Assembly (NCBI GenBank): GCA_043728105.1
Contig: JAYTMW010000057.1
Location: 1 to 40,402, forward strand
Source of the DNA: Saprospiraceae bacterium
GTDB lineage: Bacteria; Bacteroidota; Bacteroidia; Chitinophagales; Saprospiraceae
Length of the DNA: 40,402 nucleotides
Reading direction: 5' to 3'
Made by a program: the position numbers and the translations under genes. The notes below the pieces were generated by a model. That model saw only the letters and a program-made list of their open reading frames with translations. It ran no database searches and had not been told where the DNA came from. Below are positions 8,895-18,391 of the stretch, in pieces (position 1 is the stretch's first letter; every line of letters begins with the position of its first letter).

Positions 8895-10625
8895 TTAATA
8901 CCCATCATTTTGCTTCAAGATAATTTCTTTCTGGTTGGCAATATCAATTTGACCTTGTGGAATAGGTAAAATAGCATGTTTAGGCAAATAAACCGCACCC
9001 TTAAATGCACCTGGCAAGAATACTTGGTCATGTTTTAGGTATTTGTTAATAGCATCAACATCTTCGCCCCAACGAACTAAGTCATAAAAGCGATAACCTT
9101 CCATGCCTAACTCAATTCTCCGCTCAAAACGAACCGCTTTGGTTGCAAATGCTTTGTCAGCAAATGCGGTGTAAGGTGCTATTTTGTAATTTGCAGCAGG
9201 CTTGCCACCATCTTGTACAAAATCAGCGGCGTTTGCAGCCCTTGCTCTTACCAGATTGGTATATTCTAAAGCTTTTGCCAAGCTACCAACTTCGATTTCA
9301 GCCTCAGCAGCCATTAATAACACGTCAGCGAATCTAATAATAGTAACATTATAACCATTGAACGTTTGATGTCCCCAGCCACCGTTCTCAGTTTGTCCAG
9401 CCCCTTTTTCGGCTTTGGTATATAGGTATTTCTTTGGAGAATATGGCCCAGCATTAGATTGATTACGAATCATGCTAGAACCAGTGTGATTACCCCAATC
9501 CATAAATGGAATACCTCTGCGACCTATTGAGTGATCCAATCTAGGGTCTAAATTACCTGCATCAGGCGTAAATGCGGCATCCGACTTAATATTCATATCA
9601 TTTTTGACCGCTTTTGTAGGTTCATTGTACGACCCATCAAGCAAAGGAAGACCGTTGGCATCGGTACGGAATGAATTGACGAACTCGAAAGTAGGTTGGA
9701 AAAATCCACAGCAAGTACCTGGGTCAACACCTTGAATAAAGTTTAATTGCAAATCAGAATTGGCATTATTACCATCACCCGATTTTACAGTAGCCTGTAC
9801 TGCAAATATTGATTCAGCATTGTTATCATTCGCAACGCGATACAAAGCAGAATAGTTAGGTAGTAAGGCATATTTCTTACCACCAGTGGTTTTACCATTA
9901 GTAATAATCAAATCAAACAAAGCCTTTGCTTCGGTAAACTTCTTTTGAAACATATACGTTTTGGCTAAATACGAAGCGGCAGCCCACTTGTTAGCCCGAC
10001 CAACCGCAGATTGTATTTCGGGCAACCCATCATAAGCAGCTTTAAAATCAGCTTCAATTTTAGGCCAAACCTCGACATTATTTTTGACTTTCTCAATACC
10101 GTTGTTGGTATTCAGCGTTTCATCTACATAAGGAATGTTTTTAAAATTTCTTCTCAGCTGAAAATAAAAATGCGCTCTTAAAAACCGAGCCTCAGCCACC
10201 ATTCTGGCAGTATCAGCAGGTTTAATATCAGCACTTGCTTTTTTTAATAGCGCCAGAGTGTTATTAGCTCTTGCAACACCTTCAAAATGCCCTTTGTACA
10301 ATTCGTCAGAGAAGGTAAGTGAAGGGTCATACTCAAATCTTTGAATTGGGTTGATAGAAGAAAAATCACCAGGATCTGTTCCTTTATTGGCATCGCCCCC
10401 TCTGATGCTACCCCAAACCCAATTTGAAGGCCCCGAAGCGTAACTTCCCAGGCCACTCAATTGAGCGTATGCCGAAATTAAACTTCCTTCTAACCCAGCC
10501 TTGCTGGTTATTAACTGAGCCTCAGCGAGTGATCCCGTCGCTGGAACATCTAAGTAACCATCGCTACAGGCCGAAACGCCCAAAAACAAGGGGATGCTCA
10601 AAATTAAAATTTTTACTTTTTTCAT
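8895..10625 (-). CDS. SusD/RagB-family nutrient-binding outer-membrane lipoprotein
   Basis: 576-aa ORF with lipoprotein signal (LFLGVSAC). Size and position immediately downstream of a SusC-like gene. SusD-like helical N-terminal region. Confidence 0.85.
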   Translation of the reverse strand: MKKVKILILSIPLFLGVSACSDGYLDVPATGSLAEAQLITSKAGLEGSLISAYAQLSGLGSYASGPSNWVWGSIRGGDANKGTDPGDFSSINPIQRFEYDPSLTFSDELYKGHFEGVARANNTLALLKKASADIKPADTARMVAEARFLRAHFYFQLRRNFKNIPYVDETLNTNNGIEKVKNNVEVWPKIEADFKAAYDGLPEIQSAVGRANKWAAASYLAKTYMFQKKFTEAKALFDLIITNGKTTGGKKYALLPNYSALYRVANDNNAESIFAVQATVKSGDGNNANSDLQLNFIQGVDPGTCCGFFQPTFEFVNSFRTDANGLPLLDGSYNEPTKAVKNDMNIKSDAAFTPDAGNLDPRLDHSIGRRGIPFMDWGNHTGSSMIRNQSNAGPYSPKKYLYTKAEKGAGQTENGGWGHQTFNGYNVTIIRFADVLLMAAEAEIEVGSLAKALEYTNLVRARAANAADFVQDGGKPAANYKIAPYTAFADKAFATKAVRFERRIELGMEGYRFYDLVRWGEDVDAINKYLKHDQVFLPGAFKGAVYLPKHAILPIPQGQIDIANQKEIILKQNDGY

Positions 10626-10660
10626 TTTTTAATAGTTTTAAATTTTAAATAGTTGTTATG

Positions 10661-13600
10661 TTAGAATCCAATATTTACCCCAAAAGTAAACTGACGAGTC
10701 ACCGGAAAATTACCTAAATCTATTCCAAAATTAGTATCGGTAGCACCCGCAACTTGAGGGTCAAGTCCACCGTACCCCGTAATTGTGAATAAATTATTAA
10801 CCGAGCCATGAACACGTACTCTGCCCAATCTTAACTTGTTTGTTACATCCAAAGGCAAATTATAGCCAACTGACAAATTTTGAAATCTTAAATAAGAACC
10901 ATCCTCGACGTAAAAGTCACTTGATTGCTTACTGGAACTAAAACCGTTATAGTCTTCAAAAATCGGAATTTTTGCACCCGTGTTTTGAGGTGTCCACGAA
11001 TCCTTTACCCGCTCAGATATTGCAGAACCCGGAAATAATGGATAAAAATCAGTAAATCGCTTCGAGACATTAAAAATTTTATTGCCAATTGATGTGTAAA
11101 AATATGCCGACACGTCAAAATTTTTGTAAGAAATTTTAAAGTTTAGTCCTCCCGTGAAACTGGGAACTGGACTGCCCAAATATGTTCTGTCATCTGAATC
11201 AATTTTACCATCAGGAGCACCTGTCAATTTACCCTCTTTTCTTCCATTTATATCAGCATATCTAAACCTACCTATTGCAGCACCGTCTTGCTCAGGTGCT
11301 GATTTTACCTCGGCTGCAGTTTGAAATAAACCCAGCACTTTAAGACCATAAAAAGAAGACAGAGAATAACCCAATTGATTGCGAATGGGCTCTACATCTC
11401 TAAAAGCAGGATTAACGCTTGTTAAGTAAGTAAGACCTCCTCCAATCTCAGTAATCTCATTTTTAAGAAAGCTACCCGTTAAATCAAATTCGTACTTAAG
11501 GTCACTTGTAAAATTACCTTTTGTTATGACTTGAACATCGATACCTTTATTAATCATAGTACCCACGTTTTGAGCGGGAGCCGCCGCACTACCGACTGTT
11601 GCCAAAAAATCCAAGGCATACAACAAATCTCTTGTGTCTTTCTGCCATAAATCAAAAATAATATCTAATTTCCCCTTAAAAAATGAGCCATCAAAACCAA
11701 TGTTTTTAGTTACACTCGTCTCCCATTTTGCATTTTGATTTCCAATCCTTGATTGCTTAAAGCCGTTGACTACCCCACTATTTGTTCCACCGATATCGTA
11801 TGAAGAATTTGATACACTCGTGGCAAAAAGATCATATTGGTTATCTTGACTAACATTGTTGGAATTACCCATCTCACCATAACCACCTCTAATTTTCAAA
11901 TCTGTAACCCATGATACATCTTTCATGAAGGACTCAGACGACAATCTCCACGCTGCCGATACAGCAGGAAAAATACCATATCTTGTACTTGAACCGAATC
12001 GAGACGAACCGTCTCTCCTTAAAACCCCCGTAATTATGTACTTATCGTTCATGTTGTAAATAGCTCTACCAAAATAAGAATTAAAGGTAGAACCAATATT
12101 GATAAAACTATTTGGAGGATTTCTTTCGTCCAAAGTAGAAACAGTGATGTAATTAGGATCACCCGAAAAGGGCTTCCTACCGTTTGCGTCAAGGCCTTTA
12201 CCAAAACCCGTGTTGAGTGCCTCTTGACCAACCAATAATTCAACACCATGAATGCCAAATTGTTTTTTATATGAGAGCGTATTGGTAAAAGTCCAACCCA
12301 AACCGTATCCACCATACTCAAAATAAGAGAAGTCAACCCCTTTATTTTCAAGAGTCTCGTAAATTGGATTACCATAACCATAACCGTGATAATTAAAGTA
12401 ATTACCACCTATCGAAGAACGGAATGTCAAATCCTTGATTGGATCAATCTCAAGGTAAAAATTACCAGAAGCTAACGCATCAAATCCTTTATTTGACTCT
12501 CTTCTCTTTTGGTTGGCAACTGGATTTGAGCCTTGCCCAAAACCAAGCGCAGTCGTACCCGCATAACCACCAAACTCATCATACACTGGAATAATAGTTG
12601 GTGACCTAAACGCATTTAAAATATCATTCTCATCTTGAGAAGTAGATAAACCATTGTTACCGCCATCACGTCCTAAAATGGAGAGATATGTCATTTGCAA
12701 GTTTTCGCCAATTCTGACGTTTTTAAAAAGGTCAAATTCAGTGTTTATACGAACACCATAACGGGTTGCCCTTTGACTTGACAAAATACCGTATTGATCT
12801 TGTGCTGATAGTCCCACATAAAAGCGAGAAGCATCACCGCCACCTTCAAAACCCAAAGTGTGTCTTTGAATTGGCGCAGCTTGCGTTAGCGCAGCATACC
12901 AGTCTGTTCCTTCTTTGTTGGCTTTAATAACTTGGTAAAAATCACTAATTGCGGGTCCTTTGATGTTGTATTTCTTTTTCTCCGCTGCCAAATCAATCGT
13001 TCCAATTACACCATCTTTATCCCCTACTTTTAGATAATCTGGAATCACTGGCTTTTCGCCCGATCCATATTGTGGGTGCGAAAGCGCAGCACCCGAATTA
13101 CGATAAGCATTCCACGTCCAAGTCGCTTGGTCTTGTGGATTCATCATTTTTTGACCAGTTCCAGGATCTGTAACACCATACATACCGTCATAAGTAACTT
13201 TCAGCTTTTTAGCACCCTTCTTACCTCTTTTGGTGGTATATACAATCACACCGTTGGCAGCTCTTGCACCATAAATTGAAGCCGTAGAAGCATCTTTTAA
13301 TACCGTTGTTGTTTCAATATCTTCGGGATTTAAAAAATTGACATTTCCCACTGGATAACCATCGACAATAATCAAGGGTTCATTACCACCAAATGCACCA
13401 AAACCACGAATACGAATTTGGCTACCCGAACCAGGCTGACTACCCGTCACAACGGTCAAACCAGCAACCCTTCCTTGGAGTTGTTGTTCAACACTTGAAG
13501 AAGGCACTGTTGTAAGGTCTTTGGATTTAACAATCGCAACGGCTCCCGTAGATTGCCGTCTTTTGTCAACAGAGTAACCCGTCACAATGTATTCTTCTAA

Positions 13601-13912
13601 CGTAGAATTGTCCATTCGAATGCTTATGTCACTCTGTGTCCCAACAGCTACCTCTTGCGTCTTTTGACCAACATAAGAAACCACCAAAACTGCATTGTCG
13701 CCTGTTACAGCGATTGAAAATTTTCCGTCAACATCCGTGACAACACCCGTGTTTGTGCCTTTTACAACAACACTTGCACCAACGAGAGGGTCATTATCTT
13801 CACCCGTTATCAATCCCGTTACTTGACGTTGCGCACTCGCCGCAAAGGTTGTCAAGAACAAAATTAACATCACAAAGAGTCGCCCTAAGGGAGAGTTAAA
13901 TTTAGTTACCAT
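10661..13912 (-). CDS. SusC/RagA-family TonB-linked outer-membrane protein
   Basis: 1083-aa ORF with a signal peptide. CarboxypepD_reg-like N-terminus (VTGLITGEDNDPLVGASVVVKGTNTGVVTDVDGKFSI). Plug region (IRIRGFGAFGGNEPLIIVDG). Barrel ending FTFGVNIGF. Confidence 0.9.
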   Translation of the reverse strand: MVTKFNSPLGRLFVMLILFLTTFAASAQRQVTGLITGEDNDPLVGASVVVKGTNTGVVTDVDGKFSIAVTGDNAVLVVSYVGQKTQEVAVGTQSDISIRMDNSTLEEYIVTGYSVDKRRQSTGAVAIVKSKDLTTVPSSSVEQQLQGRVAGLTVVTGSQPGSGSQIRIRGFGAFGGNEPLIIVDGYPVGNVNFLNPEDIETTTVLKDASTASIYGARAANGVIVYTTKRGKKGAKKLKVTYDGMYGVTDPGTGQKMMNPQDQATWTWNAYRNSGAALSHPQYGSGEKPVIPDYLKVGDKDGVIGTIDLAAEKKKYNIKGPAISDFYQVIKANKEGTDWYAALTQAAPIQRHTLGFEGGGDASRFYVGLSAQDQYGILSSQRATRYGVRINTEFDLFKNVRIGENLQMTYLSILGRDGGNNGLSTSQDENDILNAFRSPTIIPVYDEFGGYAGTTALGFGQGSNPVANQKRRESNKGFDALASGNFYLEIDPIKDLTFRSSIGGNYFNYHGYGYGNPIYETLENKGVDFSYFEYGGYGLGWTFTNTLSYKKQFGIHGVELLVGQEALNTGFGKGLDANGRKPFSGDPNYITVSTLDERNPPNSFINIGSTFNSYFGRAIYNMNDKYIITGVLRRDGSSRFGSSTRYGIFPAVSAAWRLSSESFMKDVSWVTDLKIRGGYGEMGNSNNVSQDNQYDLFATSVSNSSYDIGGTNSGVVNGFKQSRIGNQNAKWETSVTKNIGFDGSFFKGKLDIIFDLWQKDTRDLLYALDFLATVGSAAAPAQNVGTMINKGIDVQVITKGNFTSDLKYEFDLTGSFLKNEITEIGGGLTYLTSVNPAFRDVEPIRNQLGYSLSSFYGLKVLGLFQTAAEVKSAPEQDGAAIGRFRYADINGRKEGKLTGAPDGKIDSDDRTYLGSPVPSFTGGLNFKISYKNFDVSAYFYTSIGNKIFNVSKRFTDFYPLFPGSAISERVKDSWTPQNTGAKIPIFEDYNGFSSSKQSSDFYVEDGSYLRFQNLSVGYNLPLDVTNKLRLGRVRVHGSVNNLFTITGYGGLDPQVAGATDTNFGIDLGNFPVTRQFTFGVNIGF

Positions 13913-14304
13913 GATTCTAATAAGAGTTTGATTGTGAATTAATTAATTTTCAATACATTCGGTTGTTGTAATTTTATTAATTGTCATTTTGACATTTATC
14001 GTAATCCTTGCACTAAGAGAAGTGGATGATTTTCACTAACTTTTTTTATCTGAATTTTTAAAAAGACTACTAACTTCTACTCTAAAGGCTTAATCCTTTC
14101 GAGTTATTGAGAGACAATGGTATGGATTTGATTGGTAATTTGCAATTTCTCAGTATTTAATATAAGGCAATATTACGAATAATATTTCAAATAAAAAATT
14201 TTAGGCAAAATAATTCTTACATTTTTCTTTGTACCCCGTTCTTTATCGGCTCTTTATCATTCTAATACCAAATAATATTAATTTCACAAATATTTCATAA
14301 ATTT

Positions 14305-14550
14305 ATGTACTTGGATTTTGCGCTCAAGAATGTAACGACACTCGTAGGGAGCAACATCCAAAGCATCGAAAAAGCCATTGCCAAACGATTAGCTGAAAAT
14401 AGACCTTGATATGTTGAGTGAAATTCCCATGGGCAGGCTTGGGCAGCTCGAAAAACGGTTTATGCTATGGCTATTTTATGTTATCATTTGGCTGATAATA
14501 TTACAGGAATAATTCTGCCCGTTGATGGTGGCGTTTTGAAGGGCGATTGA
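14305..14550 (+). pseudogene. Decayed C-terminal remnant of a short-chain dehydrogenase/reductase (SDR)
   Basis: Hand translation gives pieces in different frames: ..SIEKAIAKRLAENRP*, then LDMLSEIPMGRLGQLE, then (frameshift at the gaaaaac run) KTVYAMAILCYHLADNITGIILPVDGGVLKGD*. IPxGRxG and ITG..VDGG are the classic SDR C-terminal signatures. No intact N-terminal Rossmann part. Confidence 0.6.
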
Positions 14551-14562
14551 CATCGCCTCTAA

Positions 14563-14600
14563 CATCAATAGCGGGCGATTTCAATCGCCCGCTATTGATG
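14563..14600. repeat. 38-bp palindrome catcaatagcgggcgatt-tc-aatcgcccgctattgatg
   Basis: Read directly. The inner part plus right arm recurs at 26923..26950 (gggcgattaaaatcgcccgctattgatg). Confidence 0.85.
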
Positions 14601-14648
14601 CGTACCCCCTCAGTCCCGAAGGAATCGGGATGTCGCATCTCCATATTT

Positions 14649-15014
14649 TCAAGCAATTTCATACTTTTTTGCTTGATAAAATTGAAAAAGTAAAGCTAAA
14701 TCACAGATAACCAAACCACCAAATTCACGGGCTAATTCGATATAAGATTTTTCCGCTTTCATGGTTTCAACAAGGCTGGGCATACCCATTTTTATCCAAT
14801 CTATGACGGCAGGAATATAGGTCAATGTGTAAATAGTTAAGATGATTAAACCGAGGAAAATCAGTCCTTTATTGTATCTTTTCACGGCTGCCAAACCACA
14901 AACCCACGCTACAAAAGCATAAATGGGCATCCATAAATAAGGGTCTGGGTCGTTGTATTGCAAACCCCAAAACAGTAAAAACATGATGCACAAGGCTATG
15001 TTTAAAATCTTCAT
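14649..15014 (-). CDS. Small integral membrane protein (4 predicted TM helices; TMEM220-like by recollection)
   Basis: 121-aa hydrophobic ORF with a QYNDPDPYLW motif near the N-terminus. Confidence 0.6.
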   Translation of the reverse strand: MKILNIALCIMFLLFWGLQYNDPDPYLWMPIYAFVAWVCGLAAVKRYNKGLIFLGLIILTIYTLTYIPAVIDWIKMGMPSLVETMKAEKSYIELAREFGGLVICDLALLFQFYQAKKYEIA

Positions 15015-15030
15015 TTTCTATATTTTTTTT

Positions 15031-15091
15031 TACACGGATTTAAAAGATTATTAGGATTACAAAATAATTCCTTAAATCCAATTAATCCTTA
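15031..15091. repeat. Palindromic element tacacggatttaa..ttaaatccgtgta
   Basis: 13-bp outer arms with internal aggatt/aatcc motifs. Same motif vocabulary as the palindrome at 34613..34710. Confidence 0.7.
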
Positions 15092-15109
15092 AATCCGTGT
15101 AAGTATAAT

Positions 15110-17392
15110 TTAAAATTCTACCTTATAACTCACATTTGGAATCAAACCCAATTGGGTTTTTAAGATTGTTTTTCTTTGAAAATTATCAAAAGCCGTTGCC
15201 CATGCGTTCTCTTTACTCATGACGTTTTGGATGTCTAATTGAACCGTTGAACTCCACTTTTTCTTATTGCTTTTTAGATAAATATTCAAATCAAATCTTG
15301 TGTAATCAGCCACTTTTTTAGTGTTTTGGAATACATTTTCATTCTGATAAATATCATAAAAACCCCCCCTCAGTATTCCACGCAAACTGGCCCCTAAAAA
15401 CCTATTTTGGTTTTTACCCAAAGCCCATTCCTTACCCACAAGTGCATTGGTGACGTATTGATTGTTGAAAAGCATGTCTCTTTCAAAACCATCTTTTAGG
15501 CGTTTTGTATCAAAAAAAGTGGCATTTGCCAACCAAAAATAGCCTTTTTTGAATGATTGTGATAACGAAACCGAGCCACCTACCGTCCTCACACTACCCG
15601 TTGCTGCGCCCAAAGATTGCGCATTGGATGTTTCTAAAATGGTCATAGAAGCAATAGGCGTAGATGTGCTATTTTCATAAACATTGTCATAAAATTGTGC
15701 AAAACCTTCGGCTCTGAAAGTTATATCATTTAATATTTTTCTATCGTAAGCCAAATTCAAATTGTGTGATTTTACTAAATCTTTATTTTTGTAAATGTAA
15801 AAATTATTGATTTGATAGAAATAGTTCTCTGGCGAAATCAATTGACTTTGGCGGCTATACGACAACTGCACGTACTGATTGCGTTTAACATTATAGCGCA
15901 AACTGCCTTGTGGTTCAAAGGAAAATTTATTCAAAAAGTCGAAATAAACACCTCTTGCCCCCACTTGATATTGCCAATCGTCACCCACTCGACCCGACAA
16001 ATCAGCAAATGGAATCAACCAATTACCACTGCCTTTACCGCCTTCTTTAAGTTCATTGACACCTTTGTTATAGGTATCAAAACTTGATGCCACTTCATTT
16101 TTGACAATTACACCCACATTCAATTCTTTGTTGCCCAAACGTCTTTTGACATCCGTTTTGAAGAAATATTTTGCGTGACTGTTTTCAAATCTGGTCGTAT
16201 TTAAAGGTATGTCATTTAAGCCAAAACCCGTTGCATTGCGGGTATTATCCAAAGCCGAAACCACAAAAACGGTTTGCCAATTGCTTTTGCCAAAACCAAT
16301 TTGATGCTTCATACCAGCAACTCCCATGCGACCCTCAAACTTAATGTCTTGACTGTCTTTATCAGAAGTCCATTCAGAACGTACTTTTTTGTGGTCAAAA
16401 ATATTGTCACTCACCCCACCAATAGCAAAAAGGGAAAACGAACCTACTTTTTTGGTTGGAAAATTAAGATGAACCGAAAGGTCTTGAAACCCTACCGCTT
16501 CGTCACCCAAATTCACGCCCAATTTGTTCAACAATCCTGTGAACGAATAACGATAATTGATAAGATATGAAGCCCCACTTTCTTTTGAGAAATAGCCTTC
16601 GGTAGCCAAATCGAAGCCGATAACACCCACCGAAAGCGTGGTTTGCCGCTTTTCATTGTTGCCTTTTCGGATGTTCATATCCAACGAACCCGCCAAAGCA
16701 TTACCGTATTGGACAGGTGCTACGCCTTGAAAAAGAGTCGTTTTCTCCAATAAATTAGACGATAAAATCATTACACCACCACCATTCGCCGCCGCACGGT
16801 CGCTCACAATACCTGCGTTACTCAAATGATTGGGGTTTACGATTTCAGCACCTTCTAAATACCATTGCATGGCGTTGGGCGAAATGCCACGAATAGAAAT
16901 ATTATTCGCTTGGTCGTTGTCAATCGCTACGCCTGGTGCATACGACGCATAGCGGGCAGGGTCGGCAAAAGTAGCGGCATATTGAAAGCGGTCTTTCTCC
17001 AAAACTTTAATGCTTGGCGTGATAGACGGCTCTGTTTTGGTGTCTGAAATAGTGACTGTACCCAAATCAATATTGGTATTGTTGAGGTTAATATCCAATA
17101 CTGTTTCCTTGCCTGACACCACATACACGTTCATTAGAAGAAGGCTTTCATAACCAACGAAACTCACCGATACTATATGCCTACCAACGGGAATATTCTC
17201 CAATTTGAACACCCCCTCAGTATTTGAGGTCGTTTTTAGGTCAAGATTAGAGATTTGGATGGATGCTTCGTTTAGAGGCTTTTTATTTAACGCATCCGTT
17301 ACTCGTCCACGTATTGTTTGAGTGGGCGTTTGAGCGCATACTACGTTTGTTACAAGTAGAAAAAAAGAGCATAATAGGATTTTATGAATCAT
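15110..17392 (-). CDS. TonB-dependent receptor with carboxypeptidase-regulatory-like N-terminal domain
   Basis: 780-aa ORF. I prefer ATG at 17392 (MIHKILLCSFFLLVTNVVCAQ signal peptide), which avoids overlap with 17412..18386. IRGRVTDALNKKPLNEASIQISN..TEGVFKLENIPVGRH, plug-like NISIRGISPN, barrel ending SYKVEF. Confidence 0.85.
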   Translation of the reverse strand: MIHKILLCSFFLLVTNVVCAQTPTQTIRGRVTDALNKKPLNEASIQISNLDLKTTSNTEGVFKLENIPVGRHIVSVSFVGYESLLLMNVYVVSGKETVLDINLNNTNIDLGTVTISDTKTEPSITPSIKVLEKDRFQYAATFADPARYASYAPGVAIDNDQANNISIRGISPNAMQWYLEGAEIVNPNHLSNAGIVSDRAAANGGGVMILSSNLLEKTTLFQGVAPVQYGNALAGSLDMNIRKGNNEKRQTTLSVGVIGFDLATEGYFSKESGASYLINYRYSFTGLLNKLGVNLGDEAVGFQDLSVHLNFPTKKVGSFSLFAIGGVSDNIFDHKKVRSEWTSDKDSQDIKFEGRMGVAGMKHQIGFGKSNWQTVFVVSALDNTRNATGFGLNDIPLNTTRFENSHAKYFFKTDVKRRLGNKELNVGVIVKNEVASSFDTYNKGVNELKEGGKGSGNWLIPFADLSGRVGDDWQYQVGARGVYFDFLNKFSFEPQGSLRYNVKRNQYVQLSYSRQSQLISPENYFYQINNFYIYKNKDLVKSHNLNLAYDRKILNDITFRAEGFAQFYDNVYENSTSTPIASMTILETSNAQSLGAATGSVRTVGGSVSLSQSFKKGYFWLANATFFDTKRLKDGFERDMLFNNQYVTNALVGKEWALGKNQNRFLGASLRGILRGGFYDIYQNENVFQNTKKVADYTRFDLNIYLKSNKKKWSSTVQLDIQNVMSKENAWATAFDNFQRKTILKTQLGLIPNVSYKVEF

Positions 17393-17411
17393 AAACTTAT
17401 ATTTTTTATAG

Positions 17412-18386
17412 TCAATTTTGTTTTTTTTCAATTTTATACTCATAAAAATCAATGTTCTTACCTTTTTTATTCTTTTGTTTAGGATTTATAAGTCTTAAAA
17501 CTTGAATAGGATAATTGTATTTATCCAGCTCTATAATAGTAGATTCCTCATCATTTTTAAAATCCTCATCATCCTCTTTTCCCCAACTTTCATCATCTTT
17601 TATAACATCTTTAAGTTTATCATTAAGCTGCTGCATCATTGTTATTCCTTTATCTTTATCTTCAAAAAGAGTAAAAATTTTGTTACCATTAGGCTTGTTT
17701 TTTACGCTAATTTTAAAGAAAATTATTATCTCATTTTTAGGATTTAAAGTATCAATAGTTTTCAATTTTAAGTCTAAGAAACCCTTCTTAGGCACTAATT
17801 GATCATACATTTGATGGAACATTACTAAATCGTTTGTCAAAAATGTTTTAACGCTTTCGCAGTCTTCCATACGTTTGATGCGATCAGTACAGAAATTAAC
17901 AAAATCTTGATTTTCCCCCATCTTTTGCCCTAATTCTAATACATCTTTCAAATCAGGTATTAAGTGGTTTTGTATCTCCCCACAATTTAATATTTTAATA
18001 TCAGTACCTTTCCTATTAGTATAGTATTGAACCTTATAAAAATCTTTAATCCGTGGATTTTTGGGTATCATATCTTTGGAAAAAACCTGTGCCTGATATA
18101 TTTCTTTGCCTATCCAAGCTATTTGTTCAATAGAGGTATCGGTCATACTAACTACTTGATGAAGTAATTTAGACGTAATACTCTTATTCTTTAATGTATC
18201 TCCATCCTCTATCCACAATTCATTTTGAGTGTAAATAAAAGTATCAGTTTTGCCTACTGTCCAACTTGGCGTTAAGTAGTAAGTTTCACTCTTCTTGGAC
18301 GTAATAAGCGTATCAATTTTAATATTTTGCTGACTAAATAAAATATTAGAAAACAATAGAAAGGCATAAATTATAGGTAATCGCAT
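17412..18386 (-). CDS. Secreted hypothetical protein, very AT-rich, Lys/Asp/Glu-rich C-terminus
   Basis: 324-aa ORF with signal peptide MRLPIIYAFLLFSNILFSQ. No motif I recognise. Lies 20 nt upstream of the TonB-dependent receptor on the same strand. Confidence 0.65.
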   Translation of the reverse strand: MRLPIIYAFLLFSNILFSQQNIKIDTLITSKKSETYYLTPSWTVGKTDTFIYTQNELWIEDGDTLKNKSITSKLLHQVVSMTDTSIEQIAWIGKEIYQAQVFSKDMIPKNPRIKDFYKVQYYTNRKGTDIKILNCGEIQNHLIPDLKDVLELGQKMGENQDFVNFCTDRIKRMEDCESVKTFLTNDLVMFHQMYDQLVPKKGFLDLKLKTIDTLNPKNEIIIFFKISVKNKPNGNKIFTLFEDKDKGITMMQQLNDKLKDVIKDDESWGKEDDEDFKNDEESTIIELDKYNYPIQVLRLINPKQKNKKGKNIDFYEYKIEKKQN

Positions 18387-18391
18387 GATTT

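Noticed and set aside
13913-14300. Possible tRNA or small RNA genes in the longer AT-rich spacers (960..1391, 13913..14300, 30774..31131)
   Set aside because: I could not trace any cloverleaf (acceptor/T-arm GTTC-type motifs) or terminator-bounded unit there. They look like promoter or leader regions plus repeat fragments.
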